From Eggerthellaceae bacterium (lineage in GTDB: Bacteria > Actinomycetota > Coriobacteriia > Coriobacteriales > Eggerthellaceae): a DNA stretch of 64,000 nt. Position 1 is the stretch's first letter; every line of letters begins with the position of its first letter. The translations under genes were made by a program, and so were the position numbers. Positions 19,208 to 29,015 of the stretch are shown one piece after another. The notes beneath the pieces are model-generated. The model had not been told where the DNA came from and did not search any database. It worked only from the letters and a program-made list of their open reading frames with translations. The stretch is from the NCBI GenBank assembly GCA_017440565.1, contig JAFSHA010000017.1, positions 695 through 64,694 of the forward strand. The letters run 5' to 3'.

Positions 19208-22200
19208 CTACTCGGCGTGGCGCAGGGCAGCCTCAAGGCGCTGGCTGATGACCTTGGTCACACCATCGGCCTGCATGGAGACGCCGAACAGCACGTCGGC
19301 CATTTCCATGGTGCGCCTCTGGTGCGTGATCATGATGAGCTGGGTGGTGTGGCGCAGCTCGTCGATGTAGGCGCACAGGCGGCGCAGGTTGGTGTCGTCA
19401 AGCGCGGCCTCAACCTCGTCGAGGATGTAGAACGGCGTGGTGCGCGTGCGGTACACCGCGAACAGAAGCGCCAGCGCCGTGAGCGATTTCTCGCCGCCCG
19501 ACATGAGCATCATCTTGGTGATGCGCTTGCCTGCTGGCTGCGCGGCCACCTCGACGCCCGTGTTCTCAAGATCGTTCGGGTCAACCAGCGTAAGCTCGGC
19601 GGTACCACCGGGGAACAAGACGCCGAAGATCTCCTTGAAGTTGGCGTTGACCTGCTCGAACGTGCGGACGAAGTCCTCCTTCATGCGCGCGTCGATAACG
19701 CGATTGATCTTCGCGAGCGACTTGCGCGCCGAATCGAGATCGGCAAGCTGCGAGGCCAGATAGTCGTAGCGGGCCTTCAGCTCATCGTACTCGTGCGCGG
19801 CGTCGGGGTTGATGGCTCCCAAATTGCCGATGCGCTTCTTCAAGCGAGCGGCCTCTTCCTCCATGAGCGCACGGTCGGCCACCGGCGGAAGCTCGATAGC
19901 GCGCTCAAGCGGCGTGGCGCAGTCTTCGACAATGACCTTAACGGCAGCCTCAACCTTGATCTCCAGGCGGCCCTTCTCAACGCGCGCATTGGCAAGCGCC
20001 TCGTTGACCTCGTCATATGCCGAATGAGCCTCGCGCGCAGCGCCTCGCGCCTCGGAAACGGCGGCATGCAGCCCAGACGAAAGGTCCGAGGCGGCGCTCG
20101 CCTTTTCCTCGATATCCCGCATGCGGGCGCGCGCCATGCGAGCCAGTTCGTCGAAAATGGCCAAAACCGGCTCGATACGGCGCGCCGAAACGGTTTTCAC
20201 CGCAAGCGTCGCACGAGCCTCACGCTCCTGCACCTCGAGCTGCGTCAAATCACGGCGGCGCGTCTCGACGATGCGGTCGGTGTACACCTCGCGCTCGGCA
20301 AGCGTAGCTGCGGCGAGCTTCGCCTCGGAAAGCTGATCGCTTACCTTGTGAGCCTCGCGGCGAAGGGGCGCAAGCGCCTGCTGAGCGGCCTCGTTGTCAG
20401 CCTTGACCTGCACAAGTCGCTCGTCAAGCTCGATCTGCTGGCGTTCGTAGGCCTCGACGTTGGGGCGTGCGCTGGCGATAACGGCCTCGGCCTCAGCACG
20501 CTGACGCTGCACGCCCTCGAGCTCGCGACGCACGGCGGCGAGCTTCTCCTGAGCTCGGTCAGCCTCGGCGCGCATGGCCTCGTGCTTGCCGCGCAGCGAT
20601 GCAAGCTCCTGCGAAAGCCCCAAGCTTAAGGCCTGGGCCCCGCGCAAATCCTCTTCGCACGCATCGGCAGCTTCTTGCGCCTTGCCAGCAGCCGCCTCAG
20701 CCTCGATGCGAAGCCCGCGCAGCTCCTCAAGGTGCCTCACGCGTGCCAAGACGCCCTCTTCGCCCGCATCGACGGCGCTTCCAAGCGAAACCTTTCCCGA
20801 CGCCCACACAAGCGACCCATCTTCAGCTGCAAAACGCAAGCCCAGCTTGTCAGCCGCATGAGCGGCAAGCGCCTCCTTAAGCGTCGCGCACACGACGACG
20901 TCGCCCAACAGGGCCTCGATGGCACGCGCCGCACTGGCGGGATACGTAAGATCGTTCAGAAGCGCGCTTCCCGGCGCGGTAAGGGGGTGGCGAATGGCAC
21001 GCGGCTCGTCAGCCGCACCAGCACGCATGACGAAGGCAACGGCCCCCTCGCGCGCACCCTCCTTCAAAGAGCGGGCAACCGAGGATACGGAATCGGCATC
21101 ATCGATCAGAAGCGCGGCAAGATCATCGCCCAGCAAGCGCTCGACCAGGGCTTCTCGGCCCGAAGAAACCTGTATCGCATGGGAAAGAGGTTGCAGCGAA
21201 CCAGCCAACGCTCCTTCGTTTTCCATGATCCACGCACGGGCCGGACCTTCGGCAACCGCACTGGCACGCTCAATCTCTTCAAGGGCGCCGATGCGCGCAG
21301 CCAGGTCGCGCAGACGCTCGCGCGCTTCGTCGAAAGCGCGTCGCGCCTCGTCACGCGCGCGCAGGGCCTCGCCCACCTTCTGGCGCGCGGCAGCCTCTCG
21401 TTCGGCCAAGCCGGAAACCACGGCCTCATCAGCCTTTACCTGAGAGGCAAGCCCCTCGGCATCCGAAATGGCTCGCGCAAGCTGCAGCTCGAGCTCGGCC
21501 ACATGGCCCTCGATAACCTTGATGTGGGCCAAGCCGTTGGCCAAGACCTCCTGAGTCTCGGCGTGCTTGCGCCGCGCGACGTCTATCTTTCCCTCAAGAT
21601 CACGCATCTCGCGACTCGTCGCACCCACCGAACGTTCCAGCTCGCCGCGGCGAACGCCCAAGTCACGATAGGTTTCCTCGAGCGAGGCCTTGCGAGCCTC
21701 GGCACGCGTGCGCTCGGCACGCACCTCGGCAAGCTGCGCCTGCGCACTCTGAAGCTCCTCCTCGGCGGCCACCTTCTTGGCGGCGTTGGCCGCAAGCGCA
21801 ATCTCAAGCTCGCCGGCACGCGTAGCAGCCGAACGCTTCCGCTCGTGCATGAGAAGCGCCGTGGAATCGAAGCGCTCGACCGCCGCGGAAACGCGCGCAT
21901 GCTGGCGCGAAAGCGCACTCGCGTCGATGTTCTCGAGGCGGATCTTCTCCTGAAGCTCCTCGGCCCGCGCCTCAGCTTGGGCGATTTCCGCCTTGCGCGC
22001 CTCGATGGCCGCAAGCAGCTCTTCCTCACGCGCCTTCGAAGCGTCCCACTTGCCCTGCAGGACGCGCAGGTCATCCACGGCAAGCTGCAAAGCCAATGCG
22101 TCGAGCTCAACCTTAAGTTCCTGGTAGGTGCGCGCCTTCTTCGCCTTGCGCTCAAGCGGGCCCAGCTGACGCTCGACCTCGGCCACCACGTCGCGCACAC

Positions 22201-22768
22201 GCGTCATGTGCTGGTCCATGTTGGCCAGCTTGCGCTCGCTTTTCGCCTTACGTTGCTTGTGCTTGAGGACGCCAGCGGCCTCCTCAATGAGCGCGCGGCG
22301 GTCCTCGGGCTTCGACTGCAAAATGGCGTCAAGGTTGCCCTGCGAGATGATGGAGTGCGTGCCCGTGCCCAACCCCGAGTCATGCAGGATGTCGAGCACG
22401 TCCATGCGACGCACCACCGCGCCGTTGATGAGGTACTCGCTTTCGCCGCTGCGATACATGCGCCGCGCGATGACCACCTCGTCGAAGTCAACCGGCAGCG
22501 TGCCGTCGGAGTTGTCGAGCACGAGGTCGACCTCGGCCAACCCCACCGGCTTGCGCGCCGAAGAACCCGCGAAGATGACGTCTTCCATCGCCTGGCCGCG
22601 CAGGTTCTTGGCGTTGCGTTCGCCCAAAACCCACAGCACGGCATCGGATATGTTGGACTTACCCGAACCATTGGGGCCGACAACGGCCGTGATGCCCGGC
22701 TCGAGCGCAAGCGCGCTGCGGTCGGCAAACGACTTAAACCCCTTGAGGACCAGTGACTTCAGATACAT
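19208..22768 (-). CDS. smc: Chromosome segregation protein SMC
   Basis: 1186 aa. N-terminal Walker A GPNGSGKSN, long coiled coils, a hinge, and C-terminal LSGGEKSLTALALLFA / ILDEVEAALD. Confidence 0.95.
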   Translation of the reverse strand: MYLKSLVLKGFKSFADRSALALEPGITAVVGPNGSGKSNISDAVLWVLGERNAKNLRGQAMEDVIFAGSSARKPVGLAEVDLVLDNSDGTLPVDFDEVVIARRMYRSGESEYLINGAVVRRMDVLDILHDSGLGTGTHSIISQGNLDAILQSKPEDRRALIEEAAGVLKHKQRKAKSERKLANMDQHMTRVRDVVAEVERQLGPLERKAKKARTYQELKVELDALALQLAVDDLRVLQGKWDASKAREEELLAAIEARKAEIAQAEARAEELQEKIRLENIDASALSRQHARVSAAVERFDSTALLMHERKRSAATRAGELEIALAANAAKKVAAEEELQSAQAQLAEVRAERTRAEARKASLEETYRDLGVRRGELERSVGATSREMRDLEGKIDVARRKHAETQEVLANGLAHIKVIEGHVAELELQLARAISDAEGLASQVKADEAVVSGLAEREAAARQKVGEALRARDEARRAFDEARERLRDLAARIGALEEIERASAVAEGPARAWIMENEGALAGSLQPLSHAIQVSSGREALVERLLGDDLAALLIDDADSVSSVARSLKEGAREGAVAFVMRAGAADEPRAIRHPLTAPGSALLNDLTYPASAARAIEALLGDVVVCATLKEALAAHAADKLGLRFAAEDGSLVWASGKVSLGSAVDAGEEGVLARVRHLEELRGLRIEAEAAAGKAQEAADACEEDLRGAQALSLGLSQELASLRGKHEAMRAEADRAQEKLAAVRRELEGVQRQRAEAEAVIASARPNVEAYERQQIELDERLVQVKADNEAAQQALAPLRREAHKVSDQLSEAKLAAATLAEREVYTDRIVETRRRDLTQLEVQEREARATLAVKTVSARRIEPVLAIFDELARMARARMRDIEEKASAASDLSSGLHAAVSEARGAAREAHSAYDEVNEALANARVEKGRLEIKVEAAVKVIVEDCATPLERAIELPPVADRALMEEEAARLKKRIGNLGAINPDAAHEYDELKARYDYLASQLADLDSARKSLAKINRVIDARMKEDFVRTFEQVNANFKEIFGVLFPGGTAELTLVDPNDLENTGVEVAAQPAGKRITKMMLMSGGEKSLTALALLFAVYRTRTTPFYILDEVEAALDDTNLRRLCAYIDELRHTTQLIMITHQRRTMEMADVLFGVSMQADGVTKVISQRLEAALRHAE

Positions 22769-22777
22769 TGACGCGTG

Positions 22778-23632
22778 TTACTCCAGCTTCTTCTTCGCAG
22801 CCTCACGCTCGCGCTTCTTGCGAGCCTTCTGCTCTTCCTTCGCAGCCTTGGCAGCTGCCTTCTCGGCGGCTTTGGCGGCTGCCTTCTCGGCGGCCTTCTC
22901 GTTGTTCTTCTCGCCGATGCCCATGCCGCCGAAGAACTCGGAAAGGCGCGCGAGGGTGGAACGCGCCGCCTGGCTTTCGGCTTCCTTCTTCGTACGGCCG
23001 GTGCCGCGGGCAAGGCCCTGACTGCCAGCGTAGACCTGCGCGACGAACGTGCGGTCATGCGGCGGCCCCTGCGTCTCGACCAGCTTGTAGGTAGGCGTGA
23101 TGCCGCCCTCCTGCAGCTTCTCCTGCAAGGCGCTCTTGGGGTTCTCGGGCTCGCTTGCCATGTCAAGGGACATGCGCGGAATGAGCGTACGGGTTACGAA
23201 CTCGCGCGCAGCCTCAAGGCCGCCGTCCAGGTAAAGTGCGGCCACCGTAGCCTCGTAGACGTTCTCAAGCGCCGAATGGAGCCCGCGCTTGCCCGTTCCT
23301 GTTTCGGAAGAGCCGAACACGATGACGTCGGCGAAGCCCAGATGTTCGGCCACGTCGGCAAGCGACGTGCCCGAGACAAGCGCCACCTTGATGCGCGTGA
23401 GCCCGCCCTCGTCAAGGTCGTGGAAGCTGTGGAAGGCCGTGGACGCCACGATGGCGCCCAGGATGGAGTCGCCCAGAAACTCCAGGCGCTCGTAGGAGTA
23501 CTTGACCGCCTTGCCCTCGGTGGCCGACGGATGGGTGATAGCGGAAAGCAGCAGATTCTCGTTCTCGAACTTGTGCTCGATGATCTCTTGGGCGCGATCG
23601 AGCTTGCGCCTCTGCTCTTCGGAAAAGGTCAC
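22778..23632 (-). CDS. rnc: Ribonuclease III with ~48-aa Lys/Ala-rich C-terminal tail
   Basis: RNase III signature ERLEFLGDSILG, a dsRBD (KKEAESQAA), then EKAAEKAAAKAAEKAAAKAAKEEQKARKKRE. Confidence 0.9.
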   Translation of the reverse strand: MTFSEEQRRKLDRAQEIIEHKFENENLLLSAITHPSATEGKAVKYSYERLEFLGDSILGAIVASTAFHSFHDLDEGGLTRIKVALVSGTSLADVAEHLGFADVIVFGSSETGTGKRGLHSALENVYEATVAALYLDGGLEAAREFVTRTLIPRMSLDMASEPENPKSALQEKLQEGGITPTYKLVETQGPPHDRTFVAQVYAGSQGLARGTGRTKKEAESQAARSTLARLSEFFGGMGIGEKNNEKAAEKAAAKAAEKAAAKAAKEEQKARKKREREAAKKKLE

Positions 23633-23644
23633 GAAAACCGCCCC

Positions 23645-24664
23645 CTACTCCGCAGAAGGCGCCGCAGCGGCCGCAGAGGAGGCAACCGTGTCGGCGATGA
23701 CCTGCGCAACGTTGCTGCGTACCGTGGTGGCGGCAACCAGGATGCCGTTCTTGATGGCGGTGGCGTTAGACGAGCCGTGGCCCACAACGCAAGCGCCCTT
23801 CACGCCCAGAAGCGGCGTACCACCATAGGTTTCGGGGCTCACCTTCTTCTTAAGCTCGCCCAGCTCGGGCTTGACCAGCAGAGCGCCCACCTTGGTTTTC
23901 GTGGAGCTGTACAGGGCGTCTTTCAGGTACTTGAAAAGCACCTTGGCCGTACCCTCGAGCGTCTTAAGCGTCACGTTGCCGGTGAAGCCGTCGGTCACCA
24001 CGACGTCGAAGTCGCCCGCCAAAAGGTTGCCGCCCTCGCAGTTGCCCGCAAACTGGGGCACCTGCGCGCGCATGAGCTCGTATGTCTCCTGAGCGAAGAG
24101 GTCGCCCTTGGTTTCCTCCTCGCCGATGTTGAGAAGGCCGACACGCGGGTTTTCGACCCCCATGATCTTTTCCATGTAGATGGCGCCCATCTGGGCAAAC
24201 TGCACCAGGTACTCGGGCTTGCAGTCGGCGTTAGCGCCCACGTCCATGAGCAGCGTGGGATTGGCGTACGACGGAATGATCTGGCCGAGCGCCGGGCGCT
24301 TCACGCCCTTGATGCGCCCCATGACAAGCGTGCCCGCAGCCAAGCAGGCACCAGTAGAGCCGGCCGAGAAGAAGCCGTGGGCCTTACCTTCCTTGACCAG
24401 GCGACACCCCACCACAATGGAGGAGTCCTTCTTAGAGCGCACCGCGTTTGCCGGGTGCTCGCCCATTTCGATGACCTGCGTGGTAGGCTGCGCGATGCAG
24501 CGCTCGTGCGCGGCGGCGAAAGGCTCGACCTCTTCGGCCGGACCGCACAAGATGACCGTCAGGTCGGCGTCGGCGGCAAGCGCCTGCGCCGTTCCCTCGA
24601 GCACGACCGAGGGACCCGCGTCTCCGCCCATGGCGTCGACGGTGATGATTACTTTGTCTGCCAC
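23645..24664 (-). CDS. plsX: Phosphate acyltransferase PlsX
   Basis: ORF 23645..24781 trimmed to GTG 24662-24664, 5 nt after AAGGAG. VIITVDAMGGDAGP is typical of PlsX. Confidence 0.9.
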   Translation of the reverse strand: MADKVIITVDAMGGDAGPSVVLEGTAQALAADADLTVILCGPAEEVEPFAAAHERCIAQPTTQVIEMGEHPANAVRSKKDSSIVVGCRLVKEGKAHGFFSAGSTGACLAAGTLVMGRIKGVKRPALGQIIPSYANPTLLMDVGANADCKPEYLVQFAQMGAIYMEKIMGVENPRVGLLNIGEEETKGDLFAQETYELMRAQVPQFAGNCEGGNLLAGDFDVVVTDGFTGNVTLKTLEGTAKVLFKYLKDALYSSTKTKVGALLVKPELGELKKKVSPETYGGTPLLGVKGACVVGHGSSNATAIKNGILVAATTVRSNVAQVIADTVASSAAAAAPSAE

Positions 24665-24921
24665 ATGAACTCCTTGACAGGTGCATGGGCCCATGAGTCT
24701 GACCGCGACCTGGCGGGCAGAGACATGGGCGCAATGCCGCTTCGATTCTCTCTCCCATCCCCCGCCGGAATTGATGCCCATTCACGCCCCGTTTGAGGAA
24801 CACCGTCGGGGAATACACGAAAAGCCCCCTGGCAAGCCAGGCAAAAGCAAGGCATGCAAGGAGGCTTTACGAAACGCATGCGAAAACCCCGAAGGGGCCT
24901 TCGCATGGCACGTCGCGTAAT

Positions 24922-25101
24922 TTACTCGGTCTCGATGACCTCGCGGTTCTTGTAGAAACCGCAGCTCGGGCACACGCGATGCGGAAGCTTAGCCTCGCCG
25001 CACTGCGGGCACACAGAGCGAGAGGGGGCGGAAATGCGGTCGTTCGCGGAACGACGAGCATTGGTGCGGGCGCGGCCCGTTTTACGCTTAGGTACTGCCA
25101 T
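24922..25101 (-). CDS. rpmF: 50S ribosomal protein L32
   Basis: Below the ORF-track size cutoff, so translated by hand: MAVPKRKTGRARTNARRSANDRISAPSRSVCPQCGEAKLPHRVCPSCGFYKNREVIETE. RBS GAAGGAG. Confidence 0.9.
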   Translation of the reverse strand: MAVPKRKTGRARTNARRSANDRISAPSRSVCPQCGEAKLPHRVCPSCGFYKNREVIETE

Positions 25102-25173
25102 GATCGATCTCCTTCAAATAACACGAGCAAACAATGTTTCTCGTGGCTCGTTTCAGTAAACGCACGAAACGGT

Positions 25174-25202
25174 ATGATACCAAATTAGCTACCTTGACGC
25201 AA
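25174..25202 (-). promoter_or_regulatory. Candidate promoter for rpmF (TTGCGT-17 nt-TATCAT)
   Basis: Minus-strand -35/-10-like hexamers at 17-nt spacing, about 70 nt upstream of the rpmF ATG. Confidence 0.3.
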
Positions 25203-25205
25203 GGA

Positions 25206-25769
25206 CTAATTATCAAGCTTGAGGCCCTTCAGCACGGCGAAAGGATTGTCGGGACTTACGCCGTCGTCTTCCTCGTCCTGCTTCGGCGCACAGCCGCAAG
25301 GCCCCTCGTTGAGGTTGGATCCGCACTCGAGGCAAAGCCCCTTGCACTCCTCGTCGCACAGCGGCACAAGCGGGATGTCAAGCAGCAAGGCGGCCTTGAT
25401 GGGCACTTCGAGGTCGATCACCTCGTCCTCGCCGAGGACTTCGAATTCGTCGCCCTCCATGTCCTCCAGGTCCTCGGCCGATTCAGGCTCGATGAGGTAA
25501 TAGCCGTTGACCTCGCCGGAAAGCGGGATGGACACCTCTTCGAGGCAGCGACCGCACAGCGTGGTAGCCCGCCCCTCGACCGTTCCCATGACCAAGAAGG
25601 CCTCGCCGGTATTGGTTACATCAACTGACCAGGCCAAAGGCCCGTCGAACACGTACTCATCGGGGCCCACCTCAAGGCGCCCGATGTCATAGATTCCCTC
25701 AAAATGAGAGCTCTCCGCAGGCGCGAAGAGCTCGTTGGGGATTTGGATGCGAGTGGATTCCATCGTCAC
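25206..25769 (-). CDS. YceD/DUF177 family protein
   Basis: CGRCLEEV...CDEECKGLCLECGSNLN with an acidic tail, in the conserved position upstream of rpmF. Confidence 0.85.
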   Translation of the reverse strand: MTMESTRIQIPNELFAPAESSHFEGIYDIGRLEVGPDEYVFDGPLAWSVDVTNTGEAFLVMGTVEGRATTLCGRCLEEVSIPLSGEVNGYYLIEPESAEDLEDMEGDEFEVLGEDEVIDLEVPIKAALLLDIPLVPLCDEECKGLCLECGSNLNEGPCGCAPKQDEEDDGVSPDNPFAVLKGLKLDN

Positions 25770-25819
25770 CTCAAATCGTCGTGGCGGTTGGTCTTAGCGC
25801 AAAAACGCCTGCGAGACGC

Positions 25820-26290
25820 CTAGCGAACGTTGATGGAATTAGCGTTCAGGCGGTCGCGGCAGCGACGCACGTTGGCAAGCAGCGTGTCAAGGCTCTGCTC
25901 GACGTGACCGAAAACCTCGTCGGCGTAGTCCTCGGCGCCGGCGCGAGTCTGACGCTCGAGCTCGCGGGCATCAGCCATGATGGCGTCGGCCTGCTGCTGG
26001 GAGATGCGCACGATCTCCATTTCGCTGGCGATGGTCATAGCCTGGCTGCGCGCATCGTCGATCATGCGGTTGGCCTCGGCCTCGGCGTCATCAAGCAAGG
26101 CCTGGCGCTCGCGCACGATCTGGCGGGCCTGGGCAAATTCGCTGGGGAAGATGTCGCGAATCTCGTCGATGATCTCGAGAGCCGTGGCAATTTCAACCTG
26201 GCGAAGGTTGTTCTTGCCAAAGACCGGCTTGGAATCCTCAAGCAGGATGGAGAGCTCTTCAAGCAGGCCCAAGACTCCGGTATCGTCCAT
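25820..26290 (-). CDS. Hypothetical coiled-coil protein (ATPase-subunit-like helical protein)
   Basis: ORF trimmed to ATG 26288-26290 after GGAGGAAACATC. 156 aa, Glu/Ala/Arg-rich and helical. I did not recognise a family. Confidence 0.5.
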   Translation of the reverse strand: MDDTGVLGLLEELSILLEDSKPVFGKNNLRQVEIATALEIIDEIRDIFPSEFAQARQIVRERQALLDDAEAEANRMIDDARSQAMTIASEMEIVRISQQQADAIMADARELERQTRAGAEDYADEVFGHVEQSLDTLLANVRRCRDRLNANSINVR

Positions 26291-26448
26291 GATGTTTCCT
26301 CCGAATCGGCGGCGCCACGCGGCGCAACTTCGCGTATTCATTCGTTTCCGTGCACCCATTTTCGCACACGGGTTGCCCTATTCTAGCAGAACAAGGCAGC
26401 TGTGACCGAAACGATGCACAAACCGCGCATATTTCACGACAGAAGCAT

Positions 26449-27291
26449 CTAAATGCCACGCACGAAGTGGGAGCCGTCGGAAAGGCGCACGAAGGCAGCC
26501 CGGCCCGACGCCGCGTCGGGCGCGGGGATGCGAAGCTTGCCGCAGCGGAAGGCGCCGTCCGAAACCTCGCCCTCTACGACCATCGCCTCGCCGAAAGCGC
26601 GCGCGACGGCAGGTGAAGCCGGATTCAGGCACAGCTCGCCCGGCTCGGCAACTTGCTCGACGCGACCGTCAGATAGATACACGATGCGGTCGCTCATGAC
26701 AAGCGCCTCGGACACGTCATGCGTGACCATGATCGACGTGATGCCCGTCTCGGCCTGAAGCTCGAGCACCAGTTCCCGCATCTCGGCGCGCAAGGCCTCG
26801 TCAAGGCCGGAGAACGGCTCGTCCAGCAAGAGGGCCCGCGGGCGTCCGGCCAAGGCACGCGCCAACGCCACGCGTTGCTGCTGCCCGCCCGAAAGCTCGC
26901 CCACCGCGCGGCTGCCGTAGCCGGCAAGCTGCACGCGTTCAAGCATTTCCTCGGCCACCGCCATGCGCTCGGCTTTCTTCACGCCCTGCATCTTCAGGGG
27001 AAATGCCACGTTGGCCGCCACGTCCATGTTGGGAAACAGCCTGATGTCCTGGAACACGATGGCCGTCTGCCGCCTGTGCGTGGGGACTTCGTCAACCTGC
27101 TGGCCGTCAAAGAAGACCGCGCCTGCGTCCTGATACAAAAGCCCAGCGATGACTTTGAGCGTGGTGGACTTGCCCGCGCCGCTTTGCCCGAGCAGCGAGA
27201 GGAACTCGCCGTCGCGCACCGCGAAGCTCACATTGTCCAAAATGTGCTTTCCGCCGAGGTCGAGGGATATGCCGTCCAGCCTGATTTCCAT
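26449..27291 (-). CDS. ABC transporter ATP-binding protein
   Basis: Walker A GQSGAGKST, signature LSGGQQQRVALARAL, Walker B LLLDEP. Confidence 0.9.
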   Translation of the reverse strand: MEIRLDGISLDLGGKHILDNVSFAVRDGEFLSLLGQSGAGKSTTLKVIAGLLYQDAGAVFFDGQQVDEVPTHRRQTAIVFQDIRLFPNMDVAANVAFPLKMQGVKKAERMAVAEEMLERVQLAGYGSRAVGELSGGQQQRVALARALAGRPRALLLDEPFSGLDEALRAEMRELVLELQAETGITSIMVTHDVSEALVMSDRIVYLSDGRVEQVAEPGELCLNPASPAVARAFGEAMVVEGEVSDGAFRCGKLRIPAPDAASGRAAFVRLSDGSHFVRGI

Positions 27292-27303
27292 GAAGCCGCC
27301 TTG

Positions 27304-28125
27304 CTATTGTAGGTTGAAGAGGTCTTGCCCGGCGCGGAAGCCAAACTTCTTGAGCGCCCACTCCACCAGGAGAAACACCGCGAACGTGACAACGAGGAAC
27401 ACCACGCCGTAGGCGCTCGCGATGGTGCGGTCGCCCCCGGTGAGGTAGGGAAACATCTCGAGCGCGAACGTTTTCACCATGCCGCCGCCGATGAGCAGCG
27501 TGAGGAAGTACTGCGAGAAGCTGAGGATATAAGACATCGAAATGGACGACAAGATGCCGGGCGCAAGCTGCGGCAGGATGACGTGCACCAGGTTCTGCAG
27601 CGGGCGGGCGCCAAGGGAGCGCGCCGCCTCCTCAAGACGGCCTCCCGCCGCCGCAGTGACATCGGCCATGATGGTGACGGCATACGGCAGCGCTACGATG
27701 GAGTGCGCCAGGATGACGCCACCCACGGTGCGCGCAAACCCCATCTTCAGGAAGACAACCTGCACACCCATGGCGAACACCGTGGTGGGAATGAGGAAGG
27801 GCAGCACCGTAGCGAAGCGGAACAGCTCCTTCCCGCGGAAGTGATAGCGCGCGAGCGCACGCGAGCCCAGCGCGGCCACCGTGGTGGTCAAGACGGCCGT
27901 GGCAAGGGCTATCCCGACGCTTTGCGCAAGCACGGCGGCCCCGTTTGCGCCGCCGAACACCTCGGCGTAGCCCTTCAGGGAAAAGGCCTCGGGGATGAGG
28001 CTTGGCCACGGCCAGGAAGCCGTGAACGACCACATCACCATGACGAGGATCGGAACGGCTACCAACAGCAGGTGAAGGGCAAGAAACGCGCGCGGGAGCA
28101 CGCGCGCGGGCTTTCGGCGGCTCAC
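27304..28125 (-). CDS. ABC transporter permease (second)
   Basis: ORF 27304..28635 trimmed to GTG 28123-28125, which overlaps the upstream stop (GTGA) and follows GGGAGG. EAA-like loop EEAARSLGARPLQ. Confidence 0.85.
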   Translation of the reverse strand: MSRRKPARVLPRAFLALHLLLVAVPILVMVMWSFTASWPWPSLIPEAFSLKGYAEVFGGANGAAVLAQSVGIALATAVLTTTVAALGSRALARYHFRGKELFRFATVLPFLIPTTVFAMGVQVVFLKMGFARTVGGVILAHSIVALPYAVTIMADVTAAAGGRLEEAARSLGARPLQNLVHVILPQLAPGILSSISMSYILSFSQYFLTLLIGGGMVKTFALEMFPYLTGGDRTIASAYGVVFLVVTFAVFLLVEWALKKFGFRAGQDLFNLQ

Positions 28126-29000
28126 GAACGACCTCCCTTCCGCTCGCGCTGCAGCACGGCGAAGTACGCCGCCGCAAGCACGGTGCAGATAAGCGCCATG
28201 ATGCCGTTGAGAGCCATGGCATAACAGCGATTCATGAGGTCGGGGTCTTGGAATTCGATATAGGCAAGCACGGGCAGTGCCTTGGGAAGCGTCGGTCCCA
28301 AGAGGAAGGGAATCTCGTAAGACCCAAACGCGAAGGCGAACACGATGAGGAAGGCCTTCACGATGGCGCCCTTGCAAAGCGGAAGCGTAATGCCGAAGAA
28401 GGTGCGCGCAGGCGAGGCGCCCAGACCCGCAGCGGCCTCGCCGAACTTCTCGGAGATATTGGCCATGATGGTCACCGTACAGAAGGCGACGAAGGGGATT
28501 TCCTTCCACAGGTAGACGAAGATGATGCCCCAGCCCGACGCAGCGCCCACCACCGTGGGAAACGATTCCGCCAGCGTCGTGAGCCCGAGCGCCGCCAGGA
28601 TGCGCGGCACGAGACCCGAACCCGCGAACAAGCACACAGCCGCAATAGCCACGAGCATATGCGCCGTCGAGATGGGCACCTGCACGCCCAGAAGCTGGAA
28701 GAGACGCGAGGCTTTGGCCTGCGTGAGCGCGGCCGAGAGAACCACTCCGCCCACGACGGCAAGCGCCGAGGAAACGGCCGCCAGGTACAGGCTGTATTTA
28801 ATGGATGCGATAAGCTCAGGATGCGAAAGCGCCTGAGCGTAGTAGTCAAACGTCGGAGTGGTCATGCCCAGAAACGGCATGATGCCGAAACCCTGCACGA
28901 TGCCGTTGGCCACACCGTACAGAAACACGAGAAGCAAAACGCACGCTGGCGCAATGAGAACGTAGGGCGCAAGCGCGCGTTTTAGCTTCCTGTTGATCAT
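28122..29000 (-). CDS. ABC transporter permease (first)
   Basis: 292 aa and six TM. EAA-like loop GEAAAGLGASPARTF. Confidence 0.85.
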   Translation of the reverse strand: MINRKLKRALAPYVLIAPACVLLLVFLYGVANGIVQGFGIMPFLGMTTPTFDYYAQALSHPELIASIKYSLYLAAVSSALAVVGGVVLSAALTQAKASRLFQLLGVQVPISTAHMLVAIAAVCLFAGSGLVPRILAALGLTTLAESFPTVVGAASGWGIIFVYLWKEIPFVAFCTVTIMANISEKFGEAAAGLGASPARTFFGITLPLCKGAIVKAFLIVFAFAFGSYEIPFLLGPTLPKALPVLAYIEFQDPDLMNRCYAMALNGIMALICTVLAAAYFAVLQRERKGGRS

Positions 29001-29015
29001 AGTGTCATGAAGATA

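Noticed and set aside
27304-28635. 443-aa ORF suggesting a fused or longer permease
   Set aside because: The N-terminal ~170 aa are Arg/Gly/His-rich and overlap the upstream permease in a different frame. A GTG at 28125 with a GGGAGG RBS and a GTGA stop/start overlap gives a normal 273-aa permease.
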